A DNA stretch of 64,000 bases from Camelus dromedarius. Taxonomy: Eukaryota. Numbering within the stretch: position 1 is the stretch's first letter; each line of letters starts with the position of its first letter. Both the position numbers and the translations under genes were made by a program. This document shows positions 59,301 through 64,000 of the stretch, one piece after another. The stretch spans positions 122,452,001 to 122,516,000 of the forward strand of contig NC_087436.1 in NCBI RefSeq assembly GCF_036321535.1. The letters run 5' to 3'. The notes below the pieces were generated by a model. It was not told the DNA's origin, searched no databases, and saw nothing but the letters and a program-made list of their open reading frames with translations.

Positions 59301-60731
59301 CTCCTGCTGCCTGAGTCGGGAGCTGGCCCTGGGGGCCCAGCCTCTCCGGGCTCGCAGATGCTGGCCCTGGCTTCCAGGCCCCCGCGTGTCCGCCTGGTCC
59401 TTTGTTCCCAGCCCCTCTCTGTCCTGCAGGTTCTGGTGCCTCGTGACGGCAGACTTTGCGTGCATTTTTGTCGGTCGTGCCGGGTCCCCAGGGGTCTGTC
59501 GGGCCCGCGGGTTCTCGCGTCGCTTGGGAGGTGGCTTCGGGGCAGGTGCGCAGCCCCCTCGGCCTCTCCCTGTTTTCTTCGGTCCACCTCTGGGAGCCTC
59601 AGCCTCCAGATGGGGTCCCTGACTTTCTTTCTTCCTGTGTCCCTTCCTCTCATTCAGGGTGAGGATCTTACCTCTGGATGTTGGTGACTTGGTTTTCAGG
59701 ATGTTTTTTCTTCCCGCGTCGCGTGTTTCCTTCAGATCTCCTCTTTGGGTTTACCCTGCCGCTCTCGCACAAGAGGGGCTCCCCAGGTGTTCGGCAGCAT
59801 GGGGGTGTCTGCTGGGGTTCCTGACAGGACCAAAGTGCCAGTCAGCCCCCGTGCCCTTCACTGTCGCTCTTCGGCCGTGAGCTTTTCGTGGGGGCCTGGG
59901 GCCCCTGAGTCTGTGTCTCTTGGCGTTTCCTTTGGGGCCCAGTTCTGCAGAGAAGCCTCTTCCTACCCTGCCTGGGGAGGCTGGGAGCCCAGAGAGGGGG
60001 ACTGGCCTGGAGGGGCTTGGGGGCCCTGCAGGGTTCCACCTGAGGCCTTGGAGGTGGGTGTTGCGTGGTTTGCTAAGTGGGGGCCACACTGGGCGTGGTC
60101 CGGGGGCCTCTGGCCAGTCCTCCCCTGAGTACTTGCTGGGCTTGTGGGTACAGCTCCACACTTGAGTCCCTGGCATCTGGGGCTGCGCTGGGTGTCAGGC
60201 CCCCACCCCCTGGTGCCCTGGGTCCGAATGAGGCAGTGGACAGTGCAGGCCTGGCCAGCCACCCGGCAAGGCAGGGATGGGGGTGGGCGGGACCCTGAGA
60301 AGGCAGCCCCCAGGGAGGGAGGGAGTGCGGCTGACACCCAGGGGACCGAGGACGCCTTGTGTGAACTTGGGGACCCCTCTCAGGGTCGTTGGGATGCTGC
60401 CTCCCCTGTGGCCTCCTGGAGGTGCTTTAAGCCTGTGTCTTTTCTGTTGCAGACTTTAAAAAATTCAAAAAGCCTTTGCTCCCTTGATTACGAAGACGAG
60501 GACGAGGATGACGCCCGAGTGAAGACGGCCGTGTCCTCCCCACGTGACCCCCACGGCCTGCAGCCCCGGCCCGCCGGCCTTAGCCCGAGGGCCTCACCGG
60601 AGTGGGTGGCCGCCGAGGGTGAGGGCTGGAGTGGTGGGGACCCTAGTGACTGGGACAGTGCTGGGGAGGAGGGTGCCTTCCCTCTGGACCGCAGCCGTGA
60701 GCTGGACCTGGAGCAGATCGAGAATAACTGA
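50228..60731 (+). CDS. FAM53A: Protein FAM53A (dorsal neural-tube nuclear protein family), 4 coding exons, ~368 aa
   Basis: Exons 50228-50305, 53994-54048, 55397-56091, 60453-60731 total 1107 nt. Motifs MVTLITEKLQ, APPTKRHCRSLSEP, VWTPVSKRRC, RCRSQPC, RPSLDFLKM, ELDLEQIENN*. Synteny with SLBP supports the FAM53A paralog. Confidence 0.93.
51430..52420 (-). mobile_element. Old degraded LINE-1 (L1M-type) fragments in a FAM53A intron
   Basis: gaggtataatttgcatacagt, ggacagacacttgggctgt, aactctttatatattctgg, gtcttttgatgaaaagaaattctaaattttagt; boundaries approximate. Confidence 0.7.
53994..54048 (+). CDS. FAM53A: FAM53A coding exon (CSAENVSSTGCLFPFETN)
   Basis: Long polypyrimidine tract plus cag; donor gtaagt; phase fits. 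Confidence 0.85.
55397..56091 (+). CDS. FAM53A: FAM53A large coding exon (CpG-rich)
   Basis: Within track ORF 55351..56271; FAM53 motifs; donor gtgagg. Confidence 0.93.
58450..58960. mobile_element. MER21-like ERV LTR
   Basis: gacaccagctgggtgtcc.acaattcaattcagttctgacac...taaatcaggggttccc...gctcacagaactcgggaaa resembles MER21 LTRs. Confidence 0.7.
60453..60731 (+). CDS. FAM53A: FAM53A last coding exon
   Basis: ttgcag acceptor; TLKNSKSLCSLDYEDEDED...LDLEQIENN*. Confidence 0.94.
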   Translation, partial: TLKNSKSLCSLDYEDEDEDDARVKTAVSSPRDPHGLQPRPAGLSPRASPEWVAAEGEGWSGGDPSDWDSAGEEGAFPLDRSRELDLEQIENN

Positions 60732-61172
60732 GCGTCGGGCAGGGGGAGTGGTGTGGGGGCTGGCGCTCCGTTTCTTCCCCATGAACGTGCTTTTCGGACA
60801 CGAGGTGTCACTTTGATGCAGTCTCTCCTAAAGAAGTATTTTGCATTTTTATGGCTTTTACAGTTCTGAGAAAGCGTCTCTATTTTGACAAGAATTTTCG
60901 AAAGGGCATTCTGTTAACTGGAGTCTGCGTGCAGACCCCAGCCTGGGGTTGTGTTCCTTTTGTAAACTGCCTGCTGTGAAGTGCCTGTGTGTGGTGTAGC
61001 CGTGGGAAACCTGTCCCCCGCGTGCTGAACCCCTGGCCTACACTGCCCGCTCCTCCTGCTGTAAGGAGCAGGGCTGCGGCGCGGGCTGCCGGCCGGGGTC
61101 AGTGCTCTCTGTGCTGAGGACTTGGGACAGGCCTTGAGGGTGGTGGCCCTGGCCACCCCACTCTGTCACTTC

Positions 61173-61178
61173 AATAAA
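61173..61178 (+). terminator. FAM53A: FAM53A polyadenylation signal AATAAA
   Basis: AATAAA ~440 nt after the stop, followed by T-rich sequence. Confidence 0.75.
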
Positions 61179-64000
61179 AGGCATTTGCTTTGCACATATG
61201 GCTTTTGCTTCTAACTTTTATCTCCTGAGTTGTGGGGGCAGCTTGGTTGAGCCTCGGCCCTGCAGAGGACAGAACGTAGGGTCTCCTTTTTTTCATTCCT
61301 AATTTCATAACATCGTAAGATTTCTACCAAAGACATTGATCTAAGGTTTAAGAAGGCGTTTATGATAGTGAAAGAAAACATTTATAATCCTTGGAGATAT
61401 TTTCTTGATTTTATTCCCCGAGAAAATTTTCGCAGGTCCCTGTCATTAGTGAAAGTGCCTTCTGACTGGTTTGGACTTGGGTCCAAGGCAGGCGGAGCTG
61501 GGAGCGGAGTTCTTTCTCGGTTGGCCCCCTCCCTCCGACACTCCCCTGCCAGGTAGGAGCAGGGTCTTACGACGCACCTCCTGCCTCAGCGCCAGGTGGC
61601 CACCTCCTGAGATGTCAGGCCGCCCTGCAGGGCACTGGCCAACCTTATGCCGCTCGGATAAAATTCAGCGGTACCTCGTCTGACACATTTACTTGCAGAA
61701 CTGAAGTGGCCATGATGGTTTCTTTTCCGATTAACATCAAAGTGTTCTTTCTTTTAAAACCTAAGCTGTGGCTCTCGTCAGAGTGCGTGGTTCAGGCCGT
61801 CCTGAACTCCTGGTCCTTTTGAGGAAGCAGGGGATTGACGTCTGTGCAACAGACGGGTGCAGAAAGGGCCTCTTGCCCGGTGCTGGAACAGACCACTCAG
61901 AGGCTCCCCGCCACCGTGGCGGGGCCCATCTGGGATGTTGCCTGGACAGTGGGGTTTTGGAAGGTCTCCAGGTTTGGTTGAAAGAGGGAAGATCAAAAGT
62001 AAGGTGCAGCAGAGCCGGGTGCTCCGGGACTGGGAGCCAGGCCCCTCCGTGGTGCCAACGTGAGCCCAGGGGCCTTCCAGGTGGTGTCTGGGGAGAGCCG
62101 GCTCTGCTGATGCCCCGGGCTGTGGGACCCTTCAGCCCAGAGCAAGTCTCATGTGGGGCAGGAGCCAGCGGGGCCACCTGAGATGCAAAGGAGCCTAGCA
62201 CCTGAAAGTGTCACTTGCCTTCCCAGAGCCACCACCTAGCCACACGTGGTGGTGGGGCCCCGAGGGAGCCTGGGAACCCGTGCAGACAGCCTTCCCTGGG
62301 GGCTGGGGGTTTGGGACCCTGCGTCCCCTGTGCTGAACTCCTAACACCACTGCCAGGGTCTACACTGGGAAGTTATGTTTGGGGTTGAACTTCTGGAGAC
62401 AGACTCCGAGTGGTTACCTGTGTGAGTCAGCAGTCAGCGCCCCGTGGTTTGCTCTGGGCTGTGGGGTGGGGAGCCACAAAGCACACGGAGGCAGGGCCCC
62501 TCGGACAGGACGGCCTGCACAGCCCCAGGGGGTGGGACGGGGCCTTGGAGGTCATCGTGGTAGTGGCGTGGGGCTGGCTGGAGGGCCCTCCGGGGGTGGC
62601 TTCTAGGCGGGGGATGGACAGAGACCCTGGCCTGAGTGGTCTGTGGCAGGACACGGGGGACGCAGAGGGCAGGGGAGGTGGGGAGGGGTGGGCTCCTCAA
62701 GTCCCTGTCCAGCTGGGCCGGTGAGGGGGTGGTTCGCTCCAGGCCACTTGGAGTCGGCCCTACAGGTCTGAGTGGCCTCGGAGGGGCATTTTGGGAGCCC
62801 AGGTGAGAACTGCAGCTCCCTGTCTCCTTGGTTCTCCGAGGTAAGTCCCCGTAACCTGCTCACCCCGGTACTGGCTGCCCCCAAGGCAGGCCCAGGGCTT
62901 TCCATCCCCTGAGACGTGGGTGCCCAACTTGGGCCGGGTCCCCGCGTCACTCACCTAACCCTGGACAGGTGCAGTCGAGTCTGCCTTCCCCAGCCGTGGC
63001 CACATGGCTGCCTGGGGTGAGCCTCGCCCCGGGCCGGGGCTGAGCACGCAGGCGGGAGGCGGCTCCCGGAGCCCTTTCACTGCGGCCACGTGGTGTGGGC
63101 GCCTGGGGGCTGCTCTAGCGCTGGGTGGGCCAGGTGTTGGTGGAAGCCCTTCCCCCTGAACTGGGGGAAGGCAGGCGACCCCAGGGCCCTCTGGGGTGGT
63201 GGGTGTGTGGGTGGGACTGGGCAGGGTCTGCGAGGGGGCCTGGGGCTCCATCCCTAGGCATCTTCTCAGCGCCAGTCCCCTGCAGGGTCCTCCGCGTTGG
63301 AGCAGACCTGGCCAGGCAGAAGTGCTGGAGGGCTGGCACGTCGGCCTTGGGGAGTGGGTGGGGTCCCTCCCGAGACAGCTGCCCCTAGGGCTCCAGGCGG
63401 CCCGGGCTGCTCCCCTCAGGGCTGCCTTGAGGCCTCCTCTCCCCTGGACCCTGCCCCCTCTCCTCAGGTGTCCCACACTTCAGGTCCCCGGGGCAGGGTC
63501 TCCAGAGGGCTCCTGAGGGGGAGGGGGCTGAGGCCGGGAGGAGGCTGGACGGCAGCCCCCTCCACTTGCCCACAGCACCCCTTGTCCTAGCCAGCATCCA
63601 CTACACCCCCCTCATCCTCCCCCAGAGACCCCCATCCTCCAGGACTGGCCCTACCCTGGGCTGCCTGGGCCAACCCTGTAGTACCTGCTCCCTACCTATG
63701 CTGGTCCCCTCTGTCCCCCACTGTCTAGAAATGTCAAGGGGCCTCTGCAGACCAGGCCTGGAAGGCAGCCCCTCAGGGATGGACCCGGGACCCCTGCCAC
63801 CGTGCTGGCTGCCTCTCTCTGCTGCCCTGTGCGCTGGGCCTTCTCTGGCTTCTGTCCTGACTAATCGTGCACCTGCTGTTCCCTCCGCCAGGTGGCTTCA
63901 GGGAAGGGATGGGGGTGGCCTGGGCCCTGGGCCACCAAAGGCAATGCTGAAGCCAGTGATAGGAGATAGCCCCCCCGCTCCCACCATCTCCCTCCTCATC

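Overview
GC-rich mammalian genomic DNA, probably from a camelid (camel, alpaca or llama) judging by a characteristic tRNA-derived SINE. It is the conserved block orthologous to human 4p16.3. Four complete multi-exon protein-coding genes can be reconstructed by hand with GT-AG junctions and open frames: TACC3 (- strand, 15 coding exons, 785 aa), TMEM129 (+, 4 exons, 362 aa, head-to-head with TACC3 on a shared CpG-island promoter), SLBP (+, 8 exons, 275 aa) and FAM53A (+, 4 coding exons, ~368 aa). The rest is intron and intergenic DNA with L1, SINE, MIR/L2, MER5A, MaLR and MER21-like repeats. Almost all ORFs in the supplied track are chance ORFs of GC-rich DNA. I see no evidence for a wholly new biological system. 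The most notable observations are an antisense retrocopy of the ferritin light chain (FTL) 3'UTR in SLBP intron 5, a 38-bp minisatellite in SLBP intron 3, apparent loss of the TACC3 Ser34 Aurora-A site, erosion of a TACC3 SDP motif, triple ZNF143-type motifs and CHR/CCAAT elements in the bidirectional promoter, a CPE/Pumilio/hexamer set in the SLBP 3'UTR, and three uORFs before the FAM53A start. Comparisons with human sequences are from memory, not database searches.
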